A stretch of 64,000 nucleotides of DNA from Prochlorococcus sp. AG-347-K22. Its GTDB lineage: Bacteria > Cyanobacteriota > Cyanobacteriia > PCC-6307 > Cyanobiaceae. The position numbers were made by a program, and so were the translations under genes. This document shows, piece after piece, positions 53,272 through 60,910 of the stretch. The stretch's first letter is position 1; each line of letters opens with the position of its first letter. The notes beneath the pieces were generated by a model. It had not been told where the DNA came from, searched no databases, and saw nothing but the letters and a program-made list of their open reading frames with translations. The stretch covers positions 3,130 to 67,129 of the forward strand of contig QCCJ01000003.1 in NCBI GenBank assembly GCA_003281285.1, written 5' to 3'.

Positions 53272-53328
53272 AAGTTAAGGCTTGGTTATCCTGAATCAAT
53301 AATTCTTGAAGAAATACCTTTTTAATTA

Positions 53329-53646
53329 ATGTTGCGACTTCTGCCGTTACCTATTTTTATTTGTATTTATCTTTTCTCATGGTGGAGATGTAAAAAAAAT
53401 ATTGTCGCTAGTGATAAGCAACTAAAACCTTGCATTGATTGGGCATATATAAAAAATTTACCTCTTCCTCCCAAACCTTCATTTGTCGAGTTTTATATTG
53501 TTTATGTGTCTTCTTTTTTTAAATTTCCCTTTGGGATAATCATTCAACAACTACCTTTCTCAAAGAAAGTAAGATACTACGAAAGAGAAATGAAATTAAT
53601 TTTTGATAAATGGAATTTAGAAAAAATTAAAAAAATAATTAACTAA
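53329..53646 (+). CDS. hypothetical protein
   Basis: 105-aa ORF with a hydrophobic N-terminus. Confidence 0.6.
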   Translation: MLRLLPLPIFICIYLFSWWRCKKNIVASDKQLKPCIDWAYIKNLPLPPKPSFVEFYIVYVSSFFKFPFGIIIQQLPFSKKVRYYEREMKLIFDKWNLEKIKKIIN

Positions 53647-53760
53647 TTATTGATATGTTTGGAGTAAAGATATATAAATTCCTAGTAATACAAATATTGC
53701 TACACCTACTCCCATAACTGTAGTTGGTTGATTATTCCAAAGATTAGTTAAAAATTCCAT
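53647..53760 (-). CDS. 37-aa single-TM microprotein
   Basis: MEFLTNLWNNQPTTVMGVGVAIFVLLGIYISLLQTYQ; paralog at 55043-55165. Confidence 0.65.
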   Translation of the reverse strand: MEFLTNLWNNQPTTVMGVGVAIFVLLGIYISLLQTYQ

Positions 53761-53854
53761 TGGGAAGTTTAAACTTTTTTAGCCCTACTAGCTCTATTAA
53801 TTACTTTTCTAAAAATATTATTTTTAATTGATATATCAGAAATACAATAAAGAG
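53712..53854. repeat. ~143-bp imperfect direct repeat, copy 1
   Basis: Similar to 56389-56535. Confidence 0.85.
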
Positions 53855-53894
53855 CTAAAAACAAAACTACTTTTGCAAAAAATGAGATTTGCAT
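53769..53894 (-). CDS. 41-aa microprotein
   Basis: MQISFFAKVVLFLALYCISDISIKNNIFRKVINRASRAKKV; the duplicated fragment keeps LYCISDLSIKNNILRKVMNRANRAKKI. Confidence 0.55.
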   Translation of the reverse strand: MQISFFAKVVLFLALYCISDISIKNNIFRKVINRASRAKKV

Positions 53895-53947
53895 AATAAA
53901 AATAACTCTACACTCATAAAAGCAAATTTCATTAAAATTGCCAAATT

Positions 53948-54019
53948 TTAAAAATAGCTTCTGAATATAGAAGTCTTCGTCCAACCCTCATCTAAAAGTT
54001 GCTTATATTCTTTTCTTGC
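53948..54019 (-). pseudogene. 3' fragment of DUF1651-like gene
   Basis: ARKEYKQLLDEGWTKTSIFRSYF* versus ARKEYAELLKDGWKKTSIFKSYF* in 54612-54860; no in-frame ATG upstream. Confidence 0.75.
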
Positions 54020-54139
54020 TTTTTTCTTATATCTTCGTAAGTATGCGTATATAGGCTCTAATTTGCTCTAAATACCTCTTTTACTGGCTTATCTAGGCTT
54101 ATTGTCCTCTAAAAAACTGTCACATAGGAGTTGACGATT

Positions 54140-54421
54140 ATGCAAATTCCAAACGAAATGTTGAAAGAAATTAGAGAAAGTGGATACGATCAAGAGCTTG
54201 TATTTACACAAATAAGAAAGCTATTAGACAGCGATAAACCAATTAAAGAAAACGAGTACAATCTAGAGCTTATAGACAATTACTTATTAGACAAAGATCC
54301 ACAAGAACTATCTAAAAATGCTGCTGAGATAGTGATGGCAGCAGAGCTTATAGACAATTACTTATTAGATAAAAGATTTATGAGAGAGCTTGAAGATTGG
54401 GATGAATATGATGCTGCTTAA
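54140..54421 (+). CDS. acidic hypothetical protein with internal duplication
   Basis: AGGAG RBS; ELIDNYLLDK occurs twice. Confidence 0.6.
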   Translation: MQIPNEMLKEIRESGYDQELVFTQIRKLLDSDKPIKENEYNLELIDNYLLDKDPQELSKNAAEIVMAAELIDNYLLDKRFMRELEDWDEYDAA

Positions 54422-54492
54422 TTAGATAAAGTACCTATATTTTGTTATTCATTTAAAGGTTATTCTTTTGAGCAAATAACAGGATTAAAACA

Positions 54493-54615
54493 ATGATAAA
54501 ACTTGCTATCATTTTTTTACCAATTTTATTTGCAGTTATTTGGGCTGCTTTTATAGGGTTAAGAATAAATAAAGTAGAGACCAGAGATGGAAAAAGAAAA
54601 TTAATTAATTACTAA
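54493..54615 (+). CDS. 40-aa PsbY-like membrane microprotein
   Basis: MIKLAIIFLPILFAVIWAAFIGLRINKVETRDGKRKLINY. Confidence 0.5.
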   Translation: MIKLAIIFLPILFAVIWAAFIGLRINKVETRDGKRKLINY

Positions 54616-54860
54616 AAATAGCTTTTAAATATAGAAGTTTTCTTCCAACCATCTTTCAATAATTCTGCATATTCTTTTCTTGCAGCCTCAACACTTTCTA
54701 CCCTACTACCTTTCATTACTGGTTTACTTGATCGTTTATAAACGCATCCGTAAGAAATCATTATTGCATCTATTGAAGGAGATGGTTTAGATAAATCTTC
54801 AAATGGTTCAAATACTTTTATTCTTGATCTATCATTATTTATCAAAGTAAATTTTTCCAT
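54612..54860 (-). CDS. DUF1651-like Prochlorococcus protein
   Basis: TLINNDRSRIKVF...ARKEYAELLKDGWKKT. Confidence 0.75.
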   Translation of the reverse strand: MEKFTLINNDRSRIKVFEPFEDLSKPSPSIDAIMISYGCVYKRSSKPVMKGSRVESVEAARKEYAELLKDGWKKTSIFKSYF

Positions 54861-54924
54861 CCCTGTTAATCAACTACCTACATTTTAAATAAGTTTATTT
54901 GATATTCTTTTGCTATAAATTAAA

Positions 54925-55040
54925 TGAGGCCAAACCTCGACAGCATACTCTACGTTTGCTGCAAGACATAAATTGATTCTATATAGTTGCGAATCGATTT
55001 AATAACCCTTTCAGTAGTTGGAATTTCTGGAAGGGTTTCT
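54925..55040 (+). ncRNA. candidate structured small RNA
   Basis: TG-n-TATAAA promoter-like element at 54911-54919; four consecutive hairpins; G-U pairs form only on the + strand. Confidence 0.5.
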
Positions 55041-55042
55041 TG

Positions 55043-55165
55043 TTACTGATATTTATTTAGTAATCGGTTATAAATTACCAATAATAATATTACCCCAACT
55101 ATTCCATAAATTGCATGGTAGGGGTCGTGATGATTCTGCCAAAGCTCCTTAAAAAATTCCTTCAA
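55043..55165 (-). CDS. 40-aa single-TM microprotein (TTG start)
   Basis: MKEFFKELWQNHHDPYHAIYGIVGVILLLVIYNRLLNKYQ; paralogous to 53647-53760. Confidence 0.6.
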   Translation of the reverse strand: MKEFFKELWQNHHDPYHAIYGIVGVILLLVIYNRLLNKYQ

Positions 55166-55272
55166 TACTTCATAGCCATTGCCAAATGAGAATAACACCC
55201 TTAAGATCTTTCTCTAATTAATTTGCATAGTTTCTTACAACTGGTAATTTTAGTGGGCTTCAATAAATTCAA

Positions 55273-55497
55273 ATGCAAGATCAAAAAATTGAAAAGATAG
55301 CAGCTGTTGCAGTAAACATAACTAAGTTGCTGGTAATAATTTATCTAGGCTTCGTAGAAATATTTAAAATTAGCAATTTACTTAGAGAGAAGTTAGATTC
55401 TGAATTTAATATTTCTCGAAAATGGGCTTCGAAAAATTATTCAATTCTAAAAAAACAACTAGCGAAACGAAAAGTAGCGGGTGTTATAGAAAATTAG
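55273..55497 (+). CDS. hypothetical protein
   Basis: 74-aa ORF with one hydrophobic segment. Confidence 0.55.
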   Translation: MQDQKIEKIAAVAVNITKLLVIIYLGFVEIFKISNLLREKLDSEFNISRKWASKNYSILKKQLAKRKVAGVIEN

Positions 55498-55509
55498 TAA
55501 GCGTTTAAT

Positions 55510-55887
55510 TTAAGGATTAAAGTCTTTACATTTTGATCTTTCGTTTTCATAATCTTTGATAGAAGTATCCCATTCTGATAAGTCTGCTTCTTTTCCAAAA
55601 ATATACAGATCCATTTGTTTTGAATAGTTTGATGATTCAATCCAACTATTGAATGAAGCATTACAAAAAATTATACTTCCAAATTTTTCAAAGTCCGCAT
55701 AATCTCTTTTTGCAGCAAATTCTGCATTTGAACGTTTCTTATCTAATTCTTTATATTTCAAATCTTCAATAGTAGGTTTTGAAAAAAGTAAGGATGGTTT
55801 CTTCTGTACATTTAGATATGCAATAAGGCATACAACAATAAGAACAACAGCAAATACTCTAATTAGCCAAGTATTAGTTTTATTCAT
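55510..55887 (-). CDS. hypothetical membrane-anchored protein
   Basis: 125-aa ORF, N-terminal TM, two Cys. Confidence 0.7.
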   Translation of the reverse strand: MNKTNTWLIRVFAVVLIVVCLIAYLNVQKKPSLLFSKPTIEDLKYKELDKKRSNAEFAAKRDYADFEKFGSIIFCNASFNSWIESSNYSKQMDLYIFGKEADLSEWDTSIKDYENERSKCKDFNP

Positions 55888-55922
55888 TTGATAAAAAGGT
55901 AAAAAGCACCAAGTAATAAGTA

Positions 55923-56210
55923 TTAATTGTTTCTATAGAACTTATTGTTTTTTTTATTATTGGGTCCGTTTCTTTTCTCAGCCTTATTAACCCTGATCTC
56001 TCTTCCCATCCATTCAACATCTTGAAGATCATCAATAGCCTTTTTTTCGGAATTATTTTCATTTAAATCTACAAAAGCAAAACCTCTTTTTCTTCCTGTT
56101 TCTCTATCAAGAGGTAAATAACATTTCTTTACTACGCCATAATTACTAAAAAGTTGTTCAAGATCTTCGACCTCAGTTTCCCAAGATAAATTTCCAATAA
56201 AAATAGTCAT
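55923..56210 (-). CDS. rbp: RRM RNA-binding protein
   Basis: IFIGNLSW (RNP2), RKRGFAFV (RNP1), EWMGREIRVNKA. Confidence 0.92.
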   Translation of the reverse strand: MTIFIGNLSWETEVEDLEQLFSNYGVVKKCYLPLDRETGRKRGFAFVDLNENNSEKKAIDDLQDVEWMGREIRVNKAEKRNGPNNKKNNKFYRNN

Positions 56211-56341
56211 TTCTCTAATTATTTTTTAAAGGTAAAAATAGTTGCTTTGGACTAGTGAAGTTATCTCCAATCAAATGCTTCCATTAGTCTTACTCTAACT
56301 CTTTATTTGCTTTATAACTAGTAGAAAACTTAGAGATTATC

Positions 56342-56437
56342 TTACATATCCATTGCTCTTCTAAGCTTTGCAGCTTCATCTAAACCTTCCATAACTGTAG
56401 TGGGTGGATTATTCCAAAAATTAGTTAAAAATTCCAT
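56342..56437 (-). pseudogene. chimeric/truncated copy of the MEFLTN microprotein
   Basis: MEFLTNFWNNPPTTVM fused to unrelated EGLDEAAKLRRAMDM; TM helix lost. Confidence 0.5.
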
Positions 56438-56535
56438 TGATTGGAAAGTTTAAATTTTTTTAGCTCTATTAGCTCTATTCATTACTTTTCTCAAAATATT
56501 ATTTTTAATTGATAAATCAGAAATACAATAAAGAG
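56389..56535. repeat. ~147-bp imperfect direct repeat, copy 2
   Basis: Similar to 53712-53854. Confidence 0.85.
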
Positions 56536-56665
56536 GGGTAAAGCTGCACTTGGTGGCTTAGCTCCCATGTAATGATCTAAAAAAAATTTGTAGTTTATGA
56601 AATACCTTTTAACCTAATTAGTCTTTTTATTTTTTAAGATATATAGAAATAAATTTCTAATTAAA

Positions 56666-56917
56666 ATGAACAAATTTAAAGATAATTTTTCAAGCGAAAG
56701 TTTTTACCCTGACAGTAATTATTACCTTGATCAGGAGAATAATACTAAAGAGACTCCTGTTTCAGAAGATCAAAAATCCAATGCTCCTAAATTTGAATGG
56801 CCTAATAGCTATTGGTTTATTGCGGAAAGAACTAATGGAAGGCTTGCAATGATAGGCTTCATGGCTGTAATTATTAACTACACATTATTTGGGTGGATAG
56901 CATATCCAATCCTTTAA
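56666..56917 (+). CDS. hli: high-light-inducible protein (long N-terminal type)
   Basis: AERTNGRLAMIGFMAVII chlorophyll-binding motif. Confidence 0.9.
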   Translation: MNKFKDNFSSESFYPDSNYYLDQENNTKETPVSEDQKSNAPKFEWPNSYWFIAERTNGRLAMIGFMAVIINYTLFGWIAYPIL

Positions 56918-57145
56918 ATGAGTAATTCGGGCTTTGACAAAAATGGTTTAGATAAGTCTAGAACGCATTGGCTTCAATATGCTGCGTTTGTTGTAACTGC
57001 ATTTGCTATTTGTTTTTGTTGGGCATTTTTCAATGATGTTAACTTCCATCACTTTGCTGTAAAAATATTCAAGTTCTTGAATTGCAATGGATATAACCCT
57101 CTAAGTTATTGCGTGATGCGTTGGAAAGTAAACTTTTATCCTTAA
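56918..57145 (+). CDS. hypothetical membrane protein
   Basis: 75-aa ORF directly after hli; GFDKNGLDK...HWLQY plus TM. Confidence 0.55.
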   Translation: MSNSGFDKNGLDKSRTHWLQYAAFVVTAFAICFCWAFFNDVNFHHFAVKIFKFLNCNGYNPLSYCVMRWKVNFYP

Positions 57146-57151
57146 AAAGTA

Positions 57152-57395
57152 ATAACTAGACCTTACTAGTTGGTTAATACAAATAGATCAAGGGTAAAAA
57201 GTTTTATCGAATAAAAATAATAAAGACCATTTTTAAAATATTTGTTAATGATTCTGGGAAGGTTATTTCTATATGAGTAATAAAACCACCTATCATGGCA
57301 CCACGAGAAGGATTTAAGATTGACCTTGCGAAAGAGGAATGGAAAAATTAATTGCTCAGGGTTGGGAAAGAACTTAAGAGGTTTGGACAAAAAGT
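57152..57395 (+). pseudogene. degraded DUF1651-like gene
   Basis: ITRPY*LVNTNRSRVKSFIE...DSGKVI...KPPIM...IDLAKEEW/LIAQGWERT*EVW with stops and frameshifts; aligns to 58446-58691. Confidence 0.7.
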
Positions 57396-57572
57396 AGCCA
57401 GGTCTGCTAATCCTTAAAAAGTGGTCAAATATAATCAATTACTAACTAATAGCAGTGAAAGTAGTAAGCTTTTCTTACTTTCTAAGTATTTCTTCCAAAG
57501 TCGAAAGTATAAATCTTGCATTTTTGCCAGCAAATTAACTTTATCTTCCTAATTAATTTTATTAGTTTTTGA

Positions 57573-58295
57573 TTAGTCATATGTTTTGGATGAGTTTTCA
57601 AGTAATCCATTTAATTCTAAGAGTTCATCTTTACTAAATTCTCTATATTCTCCTGTCGGCAAATCTAACTTAATATTCATAATTCTTACACGCTTTAATG
57701 ATCTAACTCTATAGCCTAAGGCCTCACACATTCTTCTAATCTGACGGTTAAGTCCTTGTGTGAGTATTATTTTAAATTTTTTTGGCCCTAATTGTTTTAC
57801 GAAACAATTCTTGGTTATTGTGTCTAGTATTTCAACTCCATTACTCATGTTTTGAATAAAGTTGCTATTAATCGGACGATTAACTTTTACAATGTATTCC
57901 TTTTCATGATTATTTCTCGCTCTAAGTATTTTATTTACGATATCTCCATCATTAGTTAAAAAAATCAATCCCTCACTAAGCTTATCTAATCTTCCGATAG
58001 GAAAAATTCTTTTGGGATATTTAATGAAATCTATGACATTATTGGGTTCTACTTTTCTATCCGTTGTGCAAACAATTCCTACAGGTTTATTAAAGGCTAA
58101 GTATATGTTTTTTTGTTTAGTTGATTTTTCTATTCTTTGACCTCCAACTTCTACTAGATCACTTTCCTCTACTTTGGAGCCAATTTCTGGAATTTTTCCA
58201 TTAATGGTTACTTTTCCTTCTAAAATTAATCTATCTGCTTCTCTTCTTGAACAATAACCAACTTCGCTTAAATATTTATTTATTCTGGTAGCCAT
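57573..58295 (-). CDS. rluF: 23S rRNA pseudouridine synthase (RluF/RsuA family)
   Basis: RINKYLSEVGYCSRREAD S4 domain, GRLDKLSEGL, QGLNRQIRRM. Confidence 0.88.
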   Translation of the reverse strand: MATRINKYLSEVGYCSRREADRLILEGKVTINGKIPEIGSKVEESDLVEVGGQRIEKSTKQKNIYLAFNKPVGIVCTTDRKVEPNNVIDFIKYPKRIFPIGRLDKLSEGLIFLTNDGDIVNKILRARNNHEKEYIVKVNRPINSNFIQNMSNGVEILDTITKNCFVKQLGPKKFKIILTQGLNRQIRRMCEALGYRVRSLKRVRIMNIKLDLPTGEYREFSKDELLELNGLLENSSKTYD

Positions 58296-58445
58296 TTTGA
58301 ATGATTCTTTTTATCTACACTAAATAAAATGATTAACTAATTTCTTTATATTTTAGATCAGCTGTCAATTCTAGTTAATATTCTCATTATTGGATTTCAA
58401 ATTATTTTCATCAGTAAGTTCTGATGCATAGATCCAACTCTCTTT

Positions 58446-58691
58446 CTAAGTCAAAACTTTTTCAATTTTCCTCCATCCCTGAGAAAGTAATCTTTCATAA
58501 ATTTCTCTAGCTAAATCTATTTCAACAGAAACTGTATTCGTCATTACAGGTGGTTTATTTCCTAATCCTCCCACAATTTTTCCAGTATCTATAAACATAT
58601 ACTCAAAAACACCATCAATACTCTTATCGTTTTTCATAAATCTTTTAACTTCTGATCTATTTGAATTAATTAACCAATAACATTTAGCCAT
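58446..58691 (-). CDS. DUF1651-like Prochlorococcus protein
   Basis: YWLINSNRSEVKRF...DLAREIYERLLSQGWRK. Confidence 0.75.
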   Translation of the reverse strand: MAKCYWLINSNRSEVKRFMKNDKSIDGVFEYMFIDTGKIVGGLGNKPPVMTNTVSVEIDLAREIYERLLSQGWRKIEKVLT

Positions 58692-58723
58692 TAACCTAAC
58701 CTTGAAATTAGTAAGCGTTCCAT

Positions 58724-59362
58724 TTAAAACAAACTCATTTGATCAGTTTCTCTTTTCTTTATATCTTCTACTAGCCAACCATCAGGTGGCCAACCCATCA
58801 TGATTGGAAATAACCCTTTTAATTCATCTGCATCTTTAATTTGCTCTGTCCACTGTTCTTCATATCCATTAGGTACTATTACAGGCATCCGATGATGTAG
58901 AGGTTCAATTAAATCGTTTGGTTCAGTTGTTAAAACACAGCAACTCTCAAGTTCAGCTCCGTCAGGGGAGGTCCACTTGCTCCAGATTCCTCCTAACCAA
59001 AAAGTCTCATAATTCTCCTTTCTGATACGATATTTTTTTTCAAAAAAACCACTCGCCGGTATTAAGCACCTTTTATGTTTCCAACTTCCACTAAATAATT
59101 TTTTTTCTTCTACAGTTTCCGATCTTGCATTAAACGGTCTTGGTCTTTCTTTTTCAAATGGATCTTTAGCCCAAGGTGAAATCAACCCCCACAACATAAA
59201 AGTCGTTTTAAGTCTTCCTTCGTTTTTGATTACAAGAACAGGATCAGTAGGTCTTATTAAAGTTTGAGTTTCGTATTTATTTTCAAGTCCACTTGGATAA
59301 TTTTGTTTCAAAACCTTTGGTAAATTATCAAACTTAGTTTTAAGCTCAAATCTTCCACACAT
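58724..59362 (-). CDS. SOS response-associated peptidase (SRAP/YedK, abasic-site protection)
   Basis: N-terminal MCGRF, WGL, FNARSET, RCLIPASGFFE, HHRMPV. Confidence 0.92.
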   Translation of the reverse strand: MCGRFELKTKFDNLPKVLKQNYPSGLENKYETQTLIRPTDPVLVIKNEGRLKTTFMLWGLISPWAKDPFEKERPRPFNARSETVEEKKLFSGSWKHKRCLIPASGFFEKKYRIRKENYETFWLGGIWSKWTSPDGAELESCCVLTTEPNDLIEPLHHRMPVIVPNGYEEQWTEQIKDADELKGLFPIMMGWPPDGWLVEDIKKRETDQMSLF

Positions 59363-59554
59363 TATTTTTTTAAAGTCTTTTAAAGCTCATTTAAAAAAGA
59401 GCAAATTAATACTATTTTATATCGACTGTCAATATGCTCAAATTAAAAAAATTTCTATTTTTGATCCTAGAAATGTTTCCAATAAATAGTTAAGAGAACA
59501 TATAGATATTGAAAAGTCTTCTCAATTTTAATTGAAATCCTTCAAAATTAATCA

Positions 59555-59704
59555 ATGACAGATCCAGTTTTTTATCTATCTATGTTTTTGGGACTTGGAG
59601 GAGTATATGTATTGGTCTGCTCTTTCAATGATGATGATGATGATAGTAATGATGATGGAGAAAGATATATTTATAATCTCGAATACACTAAATTAGCCAA
59701 GTAA
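59555..59704 (+). CDS. 49-aa TM plus poly-Asp microprotein
   Basis: MTDPVFYLSMFLGLGGVYVLVCSFNDDDDDSNDDGERYIYNLEYTKLAK. Confidence 0.6.
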   Translation: MTDPVFYLSMFLGLGGVYVLVCSFNDDDDDSNDDGERYIYNLEYTKLAK

Positions 59705-59763
59705 AGCTTTAAAATTTTATTCACTTTTATTTTTTATATGGTGTTTTGTAAAAAATTTATTTA

Positions 59764-60405
59764 CTAAGTAATCACAAGCCCTACCGCTCTTGAAAGTGTC
59801 AGCCCAAAGATATCTAAAACCACAAAACCATTAAGGATTCTAATAAAACGCGCAATATCTGTTTCACACACTCCGTGTTCAGTTGTATCACTTACAATTA
59901 CAGAGGCTGTTTTGGCGAAATAACTGAATGGAGTTGGTTTTTCATTAAAAGAGATAGCTTCTTTACCTTTACCTATTCTCGATAAATGATTTAATCTCCA
60001 ATACCACCAAGAAAATCCAATCAATACTATTGGCACAAATAAGAGCAATTCAACTAAAAGTAAGACGGGGTCTTTTAAAGGAGATACTAAAAGTAAGTTC
60101 ATTGAAACAAGTTCAAGAAGCCAAGCAAAGCTCAAAAGTATGCCATAAATATCGCTGCCAAGTCTTGACTCTTTACCCATTAAGATCCAAATAATTAACC
60201 CAAGAATAAAAATGAAAAAAATAGCTCCTAATGGGTGCTCATAATTAGTAAATGCATCTAATATTAGGTGAATATTTTCCAGAATTTTCTTTACTGGGGA
60301 ATCCTCAACATCATTAAGATTTAGATTCCTATCAAAAGAAATAGAGAAGAAAAATGCTATTGAGAGAATGTAGATCTCCAGTGGGTTCAGAATCCTTTTG
60401 ATCAT
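59764..60405 (-). CDS. multi-pass membrane protein (possibly DUF1345-like)
   Basis: Several TM helices; FSWWYWRL...FSYF...SDT...LSRAV pattern. Confidence 0.65.
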   Translation of the reverse strand: MIKRILNPLEIYILSIAFFFSISFDRNLNLNDVEDSPVKKILENIHLILDAFTNYEHPLGAIFFIFILGLIIWILMGKESRLGSDIYGILLSFAWLLELVSMNLLLVSPLKDPVLLLVELLLFVPIVLIGFSWWYWRLNHLSRIGKGKEAISFNEKPTPFSYFAKTASVIVSDTTEHGVCETDIARFIRILNGFVVLDIFGLTLSRAVGLVIT

Positions 60406-60521
60406 TAGTGAACTTTTACTTTTTACTTTTTACTTTATAATTTTCTGATTCCTATATTTGAAATTATTTATACAAATAATTTTAAAAACTATAATGGTTA
60501 TGTGCATTTAATTTTATTCTA

Positions 60522-60872
60522 ATGAGCAGTGTTTTTGAATACAGAACTATTGGAATAAATATAAACCTTACTCCTCCTCCTGATGTAAAAAAAGATGCTG
60601 AGAAAATTCAAGGTGTAAGTAAAGAATTTATGGAAAAGGAATTTCCAGATTACTACAAAAATAAAAGTACAAATATAGCTTTACAATGTCAAAACTTAAT
60701 TAATATTTATGGAAAAAAAGGCTGGGAACATTATTTTCAGGGTCAAATTGGTAACCTTATATTGTTTTATTTCAAAAGGGATATCGAATCAGTTGGAAAT
60801 CAAATCGAATATATATTAACTCCGCAAGAAGAAAGTTTAATTCAGTCACTAGACAAATCTCAGAGGCCTTAA
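60522..60872 (+). CDS. hypothetical protein (DUF4177-like)
   Basis: FEYRT...NLINIYGKKGWE...FYFKR. Confidence 0.6.
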   Translation: MSSVFEYRTIGININLTPPPDVKKDAEKIQGVSKEFMEKEFPDYYKNKSTNIALQCQNLINIYGKKGWEHYFQGQIGNLILFYFKRDIESVGNQIEYILTPQEESLIQSLDKSQRP

Positions 60873-60910
60873 ATTAAAAATTTAATTATAAAATAAAGAG
60901 TTGATTTTTT

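Noticed and set aside
53895-53984. 5' extension of the 71-aa ORF at 53769-53984
   Set aside because: Runs into the DUF1651 fragment in another frame; ATG at 53894 is more plausible
52161-56535. CRISPR array interpretation of the island repeats
   Set aside because: Only two copies of each repeat, with kb-scale spacing and no cas genes
57166-57438. 90-aa minus-strand ORF
   Set aside because: Antisense to the DUF1651-like pseudogene; no motif support
58370-58445. In-frame continuation KESWIYASELTD after the DUF1651-like stop (readthrough or a TIGR02450-like fragment)
   Set aside because: Too short to support by eye
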